Assembly (NCBI GenBank): GCA_964016885.1
Contig: OZ024740.1
Location: forward strand, 388,616,001 to 388,680,000
Direction of reading: 5' to 3'
Length of the DNA: 64,000 bases
DNA from: Eledone cirrhosa
Lineage: Eukaryota
Shown: in pieces, positions 14,366-30,111 of the stretch
How positions within the stretch are numbered: the first letter of the stretch is position 1
Layout: each line of letters starts with the position of its first letter
Position numbers and translations under genes: made by a program
Notes under the pieces: model-generated
Seen by the model: only the letters and a program-made list of their open reading frames with translations
The model's database searches: none
Told to the model about the DNA's origin: nothing

Positions 14366-16139
14366 TCAAATTGAGTTCTGAGTAAAATTCAATTAGTTTA
14401 TCATATATAATCGATGATAAAACGGGGTGTAAACTTACATTTGAGATCCCTGTGTTTGTTAAATGTAGGTAAAATATGTTTTGAAATCATATGGCAATGG
14501 AGAGCTGGCTGCCAATTAAATAATCCGAGTATTGAATGTAGTGAAAATATAGCTGAAATAACGACTTAGAGATTCTCGTAAAGCTTTTCTTTCTTCATCA
14601 AAGTATAAATTTATTATAAAAATGAAACGTTTGTTTTGTTTAATTACATTTTAGTTTCATAAATCTATCGTCTTTTATTAGTTTAATAAATATCATCTTT
14701 ATTGATTCTAATACAAATGAATTAATATTTCATATAGCCATATAAATAAGTAAAGAGGGCAAGTGAAATTTCTGATTCATTCAATTACAATTTACTTGTA
14801 AAGTTAACCCTTTTGCAAAGATCTATTAACTGAGAGATGAGACACATTTTAAAACAAACATATCCTTTAAAAATTCGTTATACTTTGGAAGGGTCATACT
14901 GCCAACAAAAACAAACGAACCTATTGATTTTCCTTGAATTTATTATTAGTTGAGTAACTAATATATTCATCGGTTATTGTAGTATCCAAGAGGTTATTTA
15001 ATTATTAATTATCAAAGATCTCTCGTCATACATCCTGTGACAATCTCAATGACTATTCTTGCTCCACTGTGTCTCCGCTGCTTTGTTCTGTTTACACCAT
15101 CATATAGTTGTATGGAATGTATGTTGTCTGGCGTATGCGTAAACACAGATGCATACGCAGACCAGATTTTAAAATCTAGATAATTCCAACGTACAATGAT
15201 ACTTTTTTAAGGCTTAGATAATATGGCCAGCGATCGGAGATATTAAATTTACACGCTTGGCCCATTGAGGGTGAGAGTGTTCTCCCCTATTACATCTGTA
15301 CGTTTGGCTGGGTTTTTTTTATCTTACCTGTGAAAGATAAATATGATTAGGCTCTTCACATCGTTTAAACTGCGACGCGGAAATGCCGTATTCGCATATT
15401 CAGCAAATCGATCGACAAGAATCCAAACTTCATTTACGTATCCAGTGGGGTAGATCTCGTCAAATCGGACCAAGGAAGCAATGTTTCTATTGGCTTTTCC
15501 ATTGCTGATCCTATCTACAGGTCGCATCTCCAGCAAATATTTATTATAGTTCATGTTTATAGTTTATAATCTAATCATTTTTATTTTAAAGTAGTATGAC
15601 ATTTGTTTAAATCTCTACTTAATTTATCGATCATATGTATGTATTAATGTAGAATTAATTATTATGTATCAGTTATTTTAAAGAAAGACGAATACTCCTT
15701 AGAAGCATATAGTTTGAGAAATACTGCGACTTTCAATGCAAACTGGAATGCTCTAAATTGAAAAACAAACAAAGAAACGAAAATGAGTACAAAATAGCCC
15801 ATAACCATAAAATTAACACAAGAAAAGAATTTGAAATGAAATGGCGAGAAAACGTTTTTTGCAATACATTACTGTATTATTTTTGAATGAAGAATTATGT
15901 AAATTCTTTGCAGATACGAAGTTTATTAAAATGATTAGGGAAAGCACTCCTTCAAAATAAGTGTAAACACAAAAAATATTAACAAAATAGTACAACAAAC
16001 TAGAAAATGATATATGACTTTCTTAAAATAATCATTCACTCACTTTTTATATTTTGGAAGGTTTCCCGATAGACTTAATTACATCTGTATCTCAATCATT
16101 CTACTCACATAAGAACTTATCTAAATGGCTTTTAAAGAA

Positions 16140-16244
<105 letters not shown>

Positions 16245-16639
16245 CATACATATATATGAGAACGTATTCTGCTTGAAGCATTGTGTAAAGTGTAGCAAAG
16301 TGTGTTCAATGTGAATTATTTGGTAAGTAATACAAATATGAAATTTGGAAATGATTCTAATCTCTTTTAATGCTGGAAGTGGTGAATGGATCACGTAGTA
16401 TGTGATCTAAGTTAACTCCTGATCTAATATATTGTTGTATCAGTTTTGAAATGGTATGAAATGTGGCATGTCTATGTTAGCAACGAGGTGCTGCGTTCTA
16501 GTCTATTGTTGATTTGGGGTTTCAGTTTGGCTATTAGTATAGATTATTTTATTCTGAACTTACCGATATTCTTATCCACGGCTCCGATAGTAACTGTTAT
16601 ATCTTCATTATGTTCCTACAATTATCTATGTGTTGTTTG

Positions 16640-17096
16640 AAGGCGGATGCGTGAGTGTTTTGATAAGCTTTTACGCATAGAAGGGACGGCGTCAGATAAT
16701 TGTATATCCAATCCCTCCCTGTGAATTGCTCTGCGGATAGCCACAGTTATATTGGTGTTGAAGTCTGGCAACTTCAGAAAAGAGACGACTGGCGGTAGAT
16801 GCTGGATATCCGATGACCCTTTTCTACAAGATGTACTCAATAGGGGAGAGAGTGGAGATTGTGGAAGCGTATTTGAGAACAGGTTCTTAAGTAAACGCGT
16901 GAAACATTTGAAATCGTGTTTCCGAGTAAAGAATTACCGGCAAAGAGAATGATGCAAATGTTGGTTAAGAAGTGGCGCGAACGGGATCAGTGCACAACGT
17001 CACAAAACATATAACACCTACAGTTTGAACATCTGATTACTTAAAGTCCAAAGAGGTCAACATGGAACCCGGGATACTTTTACTTGCGTAGCCCTG
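16640..17096 (+). mobile_element. Internally deleted Tc1/mariner-superfamily transposon relic
   Basis: From ATG 16831: MYSIGERVEIVEAYLRTGS...P.KR....LVKKWRE.(G)SVHN, a transposase N-terminal HTH; right end ...gtagccctg|TA is TIR-like. No left TIR found. Confidence 0.6.
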
Positions 17097-17207
<111 letters not shown>

Positions 17208-17260
17208 GTAAGTATGTATGTATACGTACATACATATATGTATACAGACGTACAGTAGCA

Positions 17261-18276
<1,016 letters not shown>

Positions 18277-18523
18277 AAGTAATTATAGTGGAGGGATTCA
18301 CTATCTTTTTGGTATGGTGGGAAAAGCTCAATGTGCGCTTGAGGTCTACATCAAGCTAATCAAAGGTGTACTTCAAAGGTTATAATACTTGCTGTTGGAA
18401 ACGGTGAGAGTGGCAGCACATAAACAATTAATACTATAGAAGGAGTGAGAATGTTTATGTAGACAAGGGGAAAGGGTGTCGGATTTTCGCTTTAAGATAT
18501 GTGAGTTAGATTTAATTATTATC

Positions 18524-18706
18524 GATTGGCAGTATCGGTAGAGGGTCGGACGCCATGCTTTGACGCATAGAGTCACGGCCCTTGACATTCTGAGTTCAAA
18601 TTCCGCTGAGGTCAACTTTGCCTTTCATCCTTACGGGGTCGATAAAATAAAGTACCAGTAATACACTGGGTAATTGCAGGCCTTGTGCCAAAAGTAGAAA
18701 CAATTA
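18524..18706 (+). mobile_element. tRNA-derived SINE
   Basis: Near-identical to 10116-10304. Confidence 0.88.
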
Positions 18707-19776
18707 TGTTATATATTACGAGAGCAAATATGAACTTACATAGTATACCATGATAACTTTATATACCCTTCCTCTCTGCAAGGTCTGTACAGCATAAATC
18801 TATACATTTTATAGTAATACTGTATCGCTAAAACTTCACATTATGCGACAGATCTAATAATAATTAATTGATCTACCGAATAAATAACTAAATGTATCCA
18901 TGTAGGAAACTTAGTATTAGATTGATGAGCTATGAACCACAAATCGACATTAACTTTACATTATCTTTCACACTCCATTTATAATTATTGTTATTACCTA
19001 GTAGTTAGTTACGGTTAACTATGACATCCTCACATTGAAATACATGAATACATAATTATAATACTCCACTGCAGTGTGTTAATATGAGTGTACGACATAT
19101 AACTGATACGTATTACTCTCTGCCATTTGTATACACATGTATACGTGTACAAATATCTTGTTTATCTACGTATATTCACATGTATATGCTAGAGTGTGTG
19201 TATATACATTTATCTAGATATGTTTATATATGCAGGAGTGTAATTAAGTGTATGTGCCTACAGATCTTTATAAGAATGTATATATTTATGCCAACCGGCT
19301 AATATTTTGAATCTACACAGCATACCTCGGGTGGCCTGTGTTATTTATGTGCATATATAGGTATACTTAAATATGTGTATGTCAATTAAATCTTCCTGAA
19401 TTTTCAATGTTCTTAAACAGCTCCCATTCACTCTCATAATACAAATAGTCTTCTTTCAAACCAATAAGTAAATTACATGACCATGCTGACGGCGTAATAC
19501 CGTACATAAATTTGGCAGATCGCTTAAAGGAGAATACATGGGTGTATTTTCAATTCTTTTCCTCCTATGCCGTTATAACAACACACGCCAACGGAAATTT
19601 GGTGAAAATTATTTCAGCTTCTTCACACCTTTATACAATTCTGTGTGGTATTAGTAATAAAATTTAACTACTGTAATCTCATGTTTAACACAGTGAAGTC
19701 ATTCTTCTCTCTCACTAAATGTATATCATACTACCAAGGAATTTCCTTCATTTTCAGTGTACGACATGCAACTATA

Positions 19777-19821
<45 letters not shown>

Positions 19822-20111
19822 TAGCGAGAATCGTATTTCGGCTATTAGAAATCAGCGAAAAACAACTTCCGAGATGTGTGGCAAGCGCTCCATAGAAGCT
19901 AGTGAATTAGAGCTACAACATAAGTTAAAAGGCCAAACACACTGAGACGATGGCTCAACCATTATCCGCACAGCCATAGAAACGACCAAGTAATTCGGGT
20001 CAAACAAATAAAATATGATTGAAAATTATACGCGGACCCCTGGAAGGTTGGTAATATCCAGTATTGGGTTTCTGCAACTCCTAAATCAAGTACTGTCTAG
20101 TTATACAAATA

Positions 20112-20298
20112 ATTGTTTCTACTTTAGGCACAAGGCCAGCAATTACCCAATGCATTACTGGTACTTTATTTTATCGACCCCGTAAGGATGAAAGGCAGAG
20201 TTAACCTCGGCGGGATTTGAACTCAGACCGCAAAGGGATGTAACTATGCTGGAAAGCATGGCGTCCGACTCTCTACCGATACTGCCAATCCACCGCCC
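20112..20298 (-). mobile_element. tRNA-derived SINE
   Basis: Reverse complement of the SINE family; probable TSD acaaataat. Confidence 0.88.
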
Positions 20299-20309
20299 TT
20301 AGACAAATA

Positions 20310-20523
20310 ATGTTAAGCTTTTGGTATCATGATCGAACAAGAGTGAAGAATACCATAGTCGGCTTATTACTCAAAGAATAACCTACATGGGAATTCTCGC
20401 AAACTCGCTACCTAACTAAGGAAACCTCTTGCTGGGTCAAGCAACGTCGTACGTTAAAACTATCCATAGTACAGAGTACTCACAACCTCTAAGTGGATTA
20501 CCTAAAACGATAACTTGTTATCC
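20310..20523 (+). mobile_element. PLE tail fragment, family C
   Basis: Homologous to 7508-7680 (-); GAGTACTC at 20474-20481; ends in (TA)n. Confidence 0.6.
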
Positions 20524-20539
20524 TATATATATATATATA

Positions 20540-21426
20540 CGAGGTGTGTCAGAAAAGTTCCAGGACTGATGTCACAAAAGATTTATTTCAAATCCAAACT
20601 TCACACTAAGAGTTTTCTCCTTAAAAGTAGTCCCCCTGGAGTCTAATGCACTATTCTATCCTTTTCTGCCACGCTTGCATGCACTCCTGGAAGAATTCTT
20701 CCGGGATCCTCCGCAGTTCCGTCGTCACGGCCTTTTTGATGTCGTCCACGATTTCAAAACGGGTCCCTTCCGGGTCGTACTCGAAGATCCATGACTCATC
20801 ACCGGTGATGACTGTCCCTGGCAAGTTTGGTTCGGTTTCAAGACGCTCGAGGATGTCCTGGCACACTTGCATACGTCGACCCTTCTGGTCATCGTTCAGC
20901 AGTTTTGGCACCATCTTCGCGCAGACTTTCCGCATGTCCAAATCTTCAGTGAGAATCTTCCAGACGCTGTCCCGATTCATGCCCAGATCATTTGCCATCA
21001 GTCGAACAGTCAGGCGACGATCGCTACGCACCATCTGCTTGACGCGCTCAACGTTGACCTTAGTCCTGGTTGTTGAGGGCCTTCCGCTCCTAGGGTCATC
21101 TCCACGTCCTCGCGTCCTTCTTTAAACCTCTTGCACCACTCAAAAACACGTGAGCGTCACATCGTCTCATCTCCATACACTTGTTGCAGCGGTGTTTTCC
21201 CCAACCGTACTAGAAACTTCAAGTTTGTTCTTTGCTCCGTGACGACCTGAACCAGAGGACATGTATATAAAATTATTAAGAAAAAAGTTTGATCGCTGCA
21301 GAGAGCTAGGATTACAGTTGCATACTCCAGGGGGATTACTTTGAAGGAGAAAACTCTTAGTGTGAAGTTTGGGTTTGAAATAAATCTTTTGTGACATCAG
21401 TCCTGGAACTTTTCTGACACACCTCA
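20540..21426 (-). mobile_element. Internally deleted mariner transposon with 103-bp TIRs and TA TSD
   Basis: TIRs 20540-20642 and 21324-21426; transposase remnants EQRTNLKFLVRLGK, DRRLTVR, KVCAKMVPKLL, VITGDESWIFEYDPE fused to the C-terminal GTRF.. Confidence 0.92.
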
Positions 21427-24400
21427 TATATATACACCTCATGTATATATACACCTCATATATACATATGTATATATATATATATATATGATCGGCAGAG
21501 AAACATATGTATATATATTATAAAGAACGAAGAATCAGTGTTGCATCATATCACATTTATTAACATATTACATATGTTTCTCTGTCGATCATATATATAT
21601 ATATGATCGACATATAATCGATATATAGTGGAAAATGAAGGAAATTCTTTAGTACATTAAGATATATTTAGAAAAAGAGAAGAATGAGTTCACTTTGTTA
21701 AACATGAGATATATGTCATGACTGTTTCCGGGAAGTAAAAACAAGAAAGACAACATCTGGCACCCTCAGATGCAAATTCTGTAAATTAAAAAAATCTTCC
21801 TCTAACTCAAATCAAGCTTATAGGTAATATGTGTTCCTCAACTGAGGGCAATTATTTTTTGATATTTATATAAAGAGATGTTCCGCTATAAGAATGCACG
21901 AGTAGAGTTTCGGTTACGACGTGTATGAAAATGTTTAGCAGTATATTGTTTTAGTTTACTTCAAAAATTGACTTACAGCATATTGATCATACTTGAATAT
22001 TATCCGTTTAGCGACTCCATTAATAACTTTCTGAAATCTGTAGTAAAATATACATAAATCATGCTTCAATATATATTGTTTTTTAAGTAATGTGATGTCT
22101 ATGAATATTTATATTTATGTTAAGTAATCTCACCAAAGCTCGAAACCTGTTGATTAGTAACATTCACTTTTCCTTTCCTTTATTCATGTTCTCCCAAACC
22201 AATTTTCACGAAAATATCTAATAAAATGTTCAACAAAATGTGACAATTATAATAAATATATATTAAAATAAATATATATAAATATATATTAAACGTGGGT
22301 GTTGTAATTTCAACATGGCCTGTGCCCAACGAGTTTCTAGCCATCCGATATGGGGAAACATTGTACAATGTATTCCTTTTTTCGAAAGCAGTAAGATTTG
22401 CCTGCACTATCTCGTAAGTTGAACGTCTGCATAGAAGCACATTCGTTGGCTCATGTTATATGGCATGAATGAAAAAATGAATCAGAAATGTCATCCTCAT
22501 GAAATCTAACAATCAATTTATGGCTTTTTTACTTAAGTTAGATTCATATATGCTGTTAATGTCGGATGGTTCATTTTAGATTTTTTTTTTTAAAACGTTA
22601 AAATCATTAATGTTTCCTTTAAAATATATTCTATATAGATTATATGTATGGATTTCTAATGGATTTTAGCATAGAATAGTTATTATTTTAGCAAATTTTC
22701 TGTTTTAATTCTTAATGGTCCTGTCGAATACTTTGCAATCAAAAGTTTTGACTTTATAGCGAGGTATCTTGGACAAGTTTTCTTCCATAGCGTCGGATAA
22801 ACACAAGTGGAGTAAGTGAGCATGGTTTGTCTAAACTTGTACGGAAGCCTGTCGAATAGACGGTACCTTTTTTGGGGGTGAAGGGAACTGATTCATCGCC
22901 CGGTTTAACAAAACTACCTGGCACTTCAGTGTATTTTATAAAGTTCCCTTATTACAAGCATTAGAACCAGATTTCCGGTTTAGTGAAGAAGTAGTACCCA
23001 TAACAATTTTCAGGGGCAATGACATGGGTGGGAAGCAGGTATTCTAAAACTAAAGTCATTCCCACAATGGTAGCAGCTGAATTGGTGCAAGGAAAAGCAG
23101 GCAAAGGTCGTGTGTTGATATTACACTGAGTGACCAATTAAGTATTGCACTCAAGGATGTGAGAGTGGGATTTAAACTCATAATGCAAAAGCTGGAACAA
23201 ATACCAGAAGGCACCTATCAGTTCAACAAATCAACGGCCTTAGATTGTTACTTAATTTTATGAAAGCCGACCTATGAAAGACACCACTTGGTCTCGGTAA
23301 GGTTTGAACTTGGATTGCAGAGAGACGGAACAAATACTTCAAAACATTTTTTCATACGCACTAATGAATCTCTATCAACGATTACACGGTATCTGTAGAA
23401 GACACAAATCAGGGTTTCCTCGTCGTATTCATTTACCAGTTTTCGAAACTTTATAGATCATCATAAGTGTTTATCTTATCCATAAAACCAAGCCAGAAAG
23501 ATGATTTTTTTTTTGCAGTAACTATACAGTGTATTTAAACTTTCCGGTATAAAATATGCAATTGACGTCATTTCCAGAGGATATGAAGATGGAACGCTTG
23601 TACATCTCACCAATTGAAGCTACTAAAAAATACCGACACGTGACAAAAGATATCCGCCCAAATGACTGAAATGCCAATTCAAAGACCCAGTAGTTGAAAA
23701 TCTACAAATATATTTTCAAGTTAATTGTATAAATTCTCCGCGAGAGACCCATATATGAAATTACAAAATTGTTTCTAAGATCAATTGATTCTACGACAAA
23801 ATGTTTCTACTACAAAACTTGACTTAAGTTTCGATGAAGGATTGATATGAGGCAGTAAGTCAGCAAACGATATCCACGAAAATCTTTTTAAAAAGTTTTC
23901 AAATTCGTTTATAGTGAATTGGAAGGTTGAAGATTATCAAAAGAAGAGTCATAGTGCGAGGACTTTTACCTTTAGCAAGTTAATCACAGTTTATATCTTG
24001 TATTGACTTAAGTAAATATGAAAGACATCGATGACATATACAAATGACAATAATGACCTCACTATCGATGTAATTGAAAATGTGGATGGTTGATAGTTAT
24101 ATAAGAAGAATAACGTTGCGAGATCATATTTACAAGGTGAGTTACATGTTTGATATCTCTTAATCATCCATTAAACACATACAACGCCAAATATCTGATA
24201 TGAGAGTTGAAATGTTTAATGCTGGCTATAAAAACCTGTGTATCATTCGTACCTAAGCCATGCTATACAAAAGCTCGATTTTATTTCTAACCTTTATTTC
24301 AATAAATTTACAAATATATTCGTTTTCAGTTCACAGAATCCTTAAATACAAGTGTAATCCCTAAATCAATTACGATTGTGATCCCATAAAAGAGTTATGG

Positions 24401-24494
24401 TTAGATAAATAAAGTTTCATGGTTTGGTCGTTGGGTGCGTTTCGTGAAGTACACTATGGTGGAAACATCTAAGTCAGGTTTCCAGTCCGAAGAT

Positions 24495-24539
<45 letters not shown>

Positions 24540-24540
<1 letters not shown>

Positions 24541-24660
24541 TGTAACGTTTTTTGAAATATTTACTTCTGCGTTCACAGATTGATTTTGTTTGTTTCAGAA
24601 GATCCCGTTAAGAGTGAAAGCAGTGATTCTTCGCTTAAACTTTAATCTGTTATTTTAATA
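24540..24660 (+). mobile_element. PLE pLTR fragment, family B, with U4A hammerhead-like motif at 24575-24650
   Basis: Homologous to 27340-27460; between (TA)n tracts. Confidence 0.75.
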
Positions 24661-25489
24661 TATATATATATATAATTATATATATATATAAAGAATTAAT
24701 ATATCTAGTAACATATATATACACAGATGCATACCTATGCTAGCAAATATATAGGTTTTGTCTTAGTAACTTTGTGGTTCAATGCATGGGGATGCAGAAC
24801 TATACGGCTCTCATATTATTGTTCTGCATCCCCATCGTACTGGTCTTGGGACCATGAATTATGATTTCCTGGTAGTTTCTTTAGTATTTTGGCACCCCTC
24901 TTGTTGACCCGTCACCGTAAGATATATTCGGTTGTTTACTTATACCTCTTAAAAGGGTCTCATAGTTCCGTCCCACCTAGTAAACCTTTCTTTACTCTAG
25001 CAGTACCAGTGAGAGACTTGATAGCTGTCCTTAGGTTATAGTAACCAGAAATTGTTTTGTTTTTTTTGTTTTTTTTTACATTTAATTGTTTTTTAACACT
25101 CTCGGTATTTCTCTATATATTTACCCCATATTGTTTTACTTATTGTTTCGACTTCCTCCCCCTCCCCTAGTATCTTCTTTGACCTCATGCCCAGCTGTAG
25201 TTGGCACTATCAACGCACTTCGACTGGGTTTCCTCCACCCCCTCTCCCTCTTTCTTCTACTGGCAGGTGTATGCCAGCTATATTATATAACAACTTCAAA
25301 CAGAGAATTATCCAAGCACCGGGTAGGAAAATGTATGAATCCAAGACTCAGAAAATAACTCTTAACAGATTCGGTTGCAATATACAATATCTTAGAAAAT
25401 CTGGAAAAGTTGTCCTAAGGACGGCAACAACTGAACAGTGGCCGCTACAACGTAGCGAGCATAGTATGATAGATAGTATCTCTCAAATC

Positions 25490-25551
<62 letters not shown>

Positions 25552-25843
25552 TAAAATAACAGATTAAAGTTTAAGCAAAGAATCGCTGCTTTCACCCTTA
25601 ACGGGATCTTCTGAAACTAACAAAGTCAATCTGTAAACGCAGAGCTGGATATTTCAAAAAACGTTGCAACCGGAGGAAGACAGGAAGACGATACTTTGGT
25701 TCGTGGAAACGTTCGCTGGCAAAGAACGGGAAAGAACGAATAATACGTCATTAATAGGAGCGGTGAAAAACAATTACGCGCAAAGACAGAACCACGTTTA
25801 TGGTATAAAAGAGGTCATAGACTAATGTTCTCTTAGGTGGTGC

Positions 25844-26467
25844 ATCTTTCTTTCCCTTATTACGAAGCATTTTCCCCCTACACATAAATATAGTAAAATG
25901 TTTAATAGAAATACTATTAAAATTTCTTACTCTACGACTCCTAACCTTGCACATAACATCACAGCTTCAAATTTAGCTAAACTACCTAGCCGTAGGAACA
26001 CGTGCAACCCTGTAGTTAGTACTAACTGTAATTGTAGGAATCGGGCTGATTGCCCCCTATCCGGGAAATGCCTCTCTAGTAACATTGTCTACAAATGTAA
26101 GGTTGTAACACCCACGTCCCGTAGGGCCTACATAGGGTTAACCGCCAATAGTTTCAAGCAGCGTCTTTACATGCATACCCATTCTTTTCGTTACCCTCTA
26201 AGAAGGAATATGACGTCACTTTCAGCTTATATCTGGAGTCTAAAAGACAACCACACCCAATATAAGTTACACTGGGAGATCCTAGCTAGGGCTAGATCGT
26301 ATAACGGAAATAAAAGACCATGTGACCTCTGCGCCGCTGAGGCCCGGGAAATACTCTACGCCACAGACCACATCTTAAACAAAAAATCTGAGGCAATTTC
26401 GGCTTGTAAACATAAATTGCACAAAACTTTCCTATATTACAGCCCCACGTTATACCCTAACGGATAG
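25844..26467 (+). CDS. PLE ORF C-terminus: Cys-rich linker + GIY-YIG endonuclease (5'-truncated)
   Basis: Frame is open from 25844 (IFLSLITKHFPPTHKYSKMFNR..); CNCRNRADCPLSGKC, IVYKC..AYIG, FKQR, CDLC..E, ILN; homologous to the 31735/35618 ORFs. Confidence 0.88.
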   Translation: MFLSLITKHFPPTHKYSKMFNRNTIKISYSTTPNLAHNITASNLAKLPSRRNTCNPVVSTNCNCRNRADCPLSGKCLSSNIVYKCKVVTPTSRRAYIGLTANSFKQRLYMHTHSFRYPLRRNMTSLSAYIWSLKDNHTQYKLHWEILARARSYNGNKRPCDLCAAEAREILYATDHILNKKSEAISACKHKLHKTFLYYSPTLYPNG

Positions 26468-27371
26468 TACGATCTATACGTGGATATTTTACGTCTTGAT
26501 GTGTATATGTTTTGTTTATTCCTTTACTTATTTGCATAGGTAAGTATATATTACCCGTATGTTTTGTGAAGGTACGTATACCTTCTCGTACGTATATTTG
26601 ATTGTTATGGCGTATAATTTTATATATTCTGGTACATATGGTTTGGCTATGTGTATACGGGAGTTTTGCATCTGTGTGAGTATGCAGGTTCGTACGTATG
26701 GTGGATGTGTGTATATGCGTACTTCATGTTTTAGTTGACTTACGTCTCCGAAAATTCGTGTATTTATATGTGGGTATGTGTGTGCGCTTGTTATATACGT
26801 ATTTATTTATTTATATACGTTTATATAATTATTTATTTATTTCTATACACGCATACACACACACACACACATTTATATGGGCGTGGTATTGTAAACCTAT
26901 GGTAAGTTTTTGCGTATGCCTGTGTATGTACGTATTTGTTTGCGTGTATGTATTTATTTATTTCTATTACTTCTGTATTGTATTTATTTACTTTGTTCTT
27001 AACTCTGTAGCGGAGATTCATTTGGTCTCCTAGTTAGAATTTTAGTCTACGACTTCTGCTATACCATTTACGTGGTTTTGTCTTTGCGTGCTATTGTTCT
27101 CCACGATCCACATATGACGTATTATCTTCGCTTTTTCGTTCATTGCCAGAGAACGTCTCTATGAACCACCTAAGAGAACATTAGTCTATGACCTCTCTTA
27201 TACCATAAACGTGGTTCTGTCTTTGCGCGTAATTGTTTTTCACCGCTCCTATTAATGACGTATTATTCGTTCTTTCCCGTTCTTTGCCAGCGAACGTTTC
27301 CACGAACCAAAGTATCGTCTTCCTGTCTTCCTCCGGTTGCAACGTTTTTTGAAATATCCAGCTCTGCGTTT

Positions 27372-27447
27372 ACAGATTGACTTTGTTAGTTTCAGAAGAT
27401 CCCGTTAAGGGTGAAAGCAGCGATTCTTTACTTAAACTTTAATCTGT
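27372..27447 (+). ncRNA. Type I hammerhead-like ribozyme with CAGAAGA (U4A) core; mirror at 25559-25634 (-)
   Basis: acagattga..agttt-CAGAAGA-t ccc gttaa ggg t-GAAA gca...tgc TT-aaact..ttaatctgt (this copy has tac for tgc); 5 copies in the window. Confidence 0.65.
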
Positions 27448-27625
27448 TATTTTAATAAATATTTGCTCTACGGTTCTTATATATTTGATATATATTTATC
27501 CTTATCGAGCCCTCTTTGGATTTTAGTCTTCAAATTTATTATTATTACTATATATATATATATATAAAATATTAAACAAATAATGAATAAACAATGAGAC
27601 AGTTCCTTATATTAAACAAAAAAAG

Positions 27626-27779
27626 TTCATTATTTAACGATCGTTTCTAGGATATATATGTGTTAGAATTGGCATGCATATTCAACAGATCTATGTACAA
27701 AATTATACAAAATTATACAAACTATCAAGATTAAATATACATACCAACACATATATACGCCGTCTTCAGAAATAATGAA
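27626..27779 (-). ncRNA. Type I hammerhead ribozyme, long stem II (mirror of 39617-39770)
   Basis: Reverse complement of 39617-39770. Confidence 0.75.
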
Positions 27780-28407
27780 GTATATTTATTGATAATAACA
27801 ACAATTCAAAATTTCAGGTCCGTTTGGGAACAAAATTGACCAATGAAAACACAAAAGGTTAAATGCAGTTCGGTGTGTGTATATACATGTAAAACCCTTA
27901 CACATATTTTACAAAAATGTATGTATAATTTGTATACGCATACTAAAAGGATGGATGCAAATACAAAATTTCAAGGTTAATGTCTCTGTAAGTTTATAAT
28001 GCACATATAAGATGCGTATAGACACACAAATATGAAATTAAGTATATAAATATATTTTTTCATACTCACACATATCCGTACAATCACACATACACGCGCG
28101 TATATGCATAAATATACACATAACCACGAACATACAAACACACATCCACCCCCACTCACATTTATATATGTGGATATAAAATCATAAGCACATGGATATT
28201 AATTCACTCACATAAACACTGGCACACACATTTAGATCAAGATACAGAAATTAGGTGGGAGGGGGGGGAGAGGTCAGTATTCAACGGTCTGGGCAGACTG
28301 CCTAATATAGATGTATCTATAAACTAAGAAAATAAAAAATAATAAATAATAAATAAACATTAAAGAGGAAAGAATAGAAAGAAAAAAGAAAAAAGAAATA
28401 TATCAAG

Positions 28408-28491
<84 letters not shown>

Positions 28492-28621
28492 TACATATAC
28501 ACACACACACACATACATACATATATATACACACATATACAAACACATACATACATAGACACACATATATAAACATATAGATATACACACATACATACAC
28601 ATACACATATACATATAAATA

Positions 28622-28661
<40 letters not shown>

Positions 28662-28997
28662 TATGTATATACACATACATACACATATACATATACATAT
28701 AATCACACATACTATATAGACACACATATATATAACCACACACATACACGCACATATACAACACTTACATACTTATATACATACATATATACACATACAT
28801 AGCTATATATACACACAAATATATACAGACTTACATACATACATACAGACAAATACTTACGCATCTATATATCGGTATATACATACAAACACCACTACAC
28901 TATCACACAACTTAGACATACAAAGAGAAAGGTATATACCTATACACACATACATATACAAATAGAAAAACATATAGATATATATATATATATATAT

Positions 28998-29028
<31 letters not shown>

Positions 29029-29276
29029 CATACATATATATATATATACATACATATACACATACACACACATACACATACATACACATACATACATGTA
29101 CACACACATAGAAATATATACGCATGCACACATACACACATACATATAAAGTCATACACACACATACACCTACACGAACATACACATACACATATATAAA
29201 GATATATATACACAACACACACACACACATACACACACACACATATATATAAAAAATAAATAATAAAGATATATAC

Positions 29277-29309
<33 letters not shown>

Positions 29310-29664
29310 CATATATATACATATATATATATATATACACACACATACATACACACATACATAGACATACATGTACATACATACACATACATAGATATAC
29401 ATACATATATATATACACACATAGACATATACATACATACACACACAACTTACATACACACATATATATACATATATATTCATACATAGAATTAGATATA
29501 TAATCATACATACATATGCACTTACATATACTCATATATACAAATACATACGCATCCATATATGCGTATATACATAGAAACACCACTACAACCTCACCCA
29601 ACTCAGACATACAAATAAAAATAAAAAGGCATATGCATATACATATATACACGCATTAATAGAG

Positions 29665-29724
<60 letters not shown>

Positions 29725-29980
29725 ATTCATATATATATATTCATACCCACACACACATACCACCATAAATACACATACAAACACCCACATATACATATAT
29801 ATACACACATATATATATATATATACACACACATAAAAAACAGACATGCACATATATATATTTTTTTACACTTATATATACACATATTATATACATATAC
29901 ACACCCTCACATATACACACATACACAAGTTATATTATAATAATAAATATAATAAATAATATATATATATATATACATAT

Positions 29981-30019
<39 letters not shown>

Positions 30020-30071
30020 TATATACATATATACACACATACGAATATAGACATATATACACACATAGACA

Positions 30072-30111
<40 letters not shown>

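Larger units (their letters stand above)
25544..27549 (+). mobile_element. 5'-truncated PLE (family B): inverted pLTR + GIY-YIG ORF + 3' UTR + pLTR + tail
   Basis: 25544-25841 is the reverse complement of 27165-27462; tail 27463-27549; ~140-bp tandem duplication at 27042-27310; (TA)n flanks. Confidence 0.9.

Noticed and set aside
19675-21712. Inverted similarity 19675-19760 vs 21628-21712 as TIRs of a composite element
   Set aside because: Too diverged and no TSD found; more likely two old copies of a dispersed repeat.
23420-24260. Decayed coding-like sequence
   Set aside because: Many stops and no motif I could assign; left uncalled.
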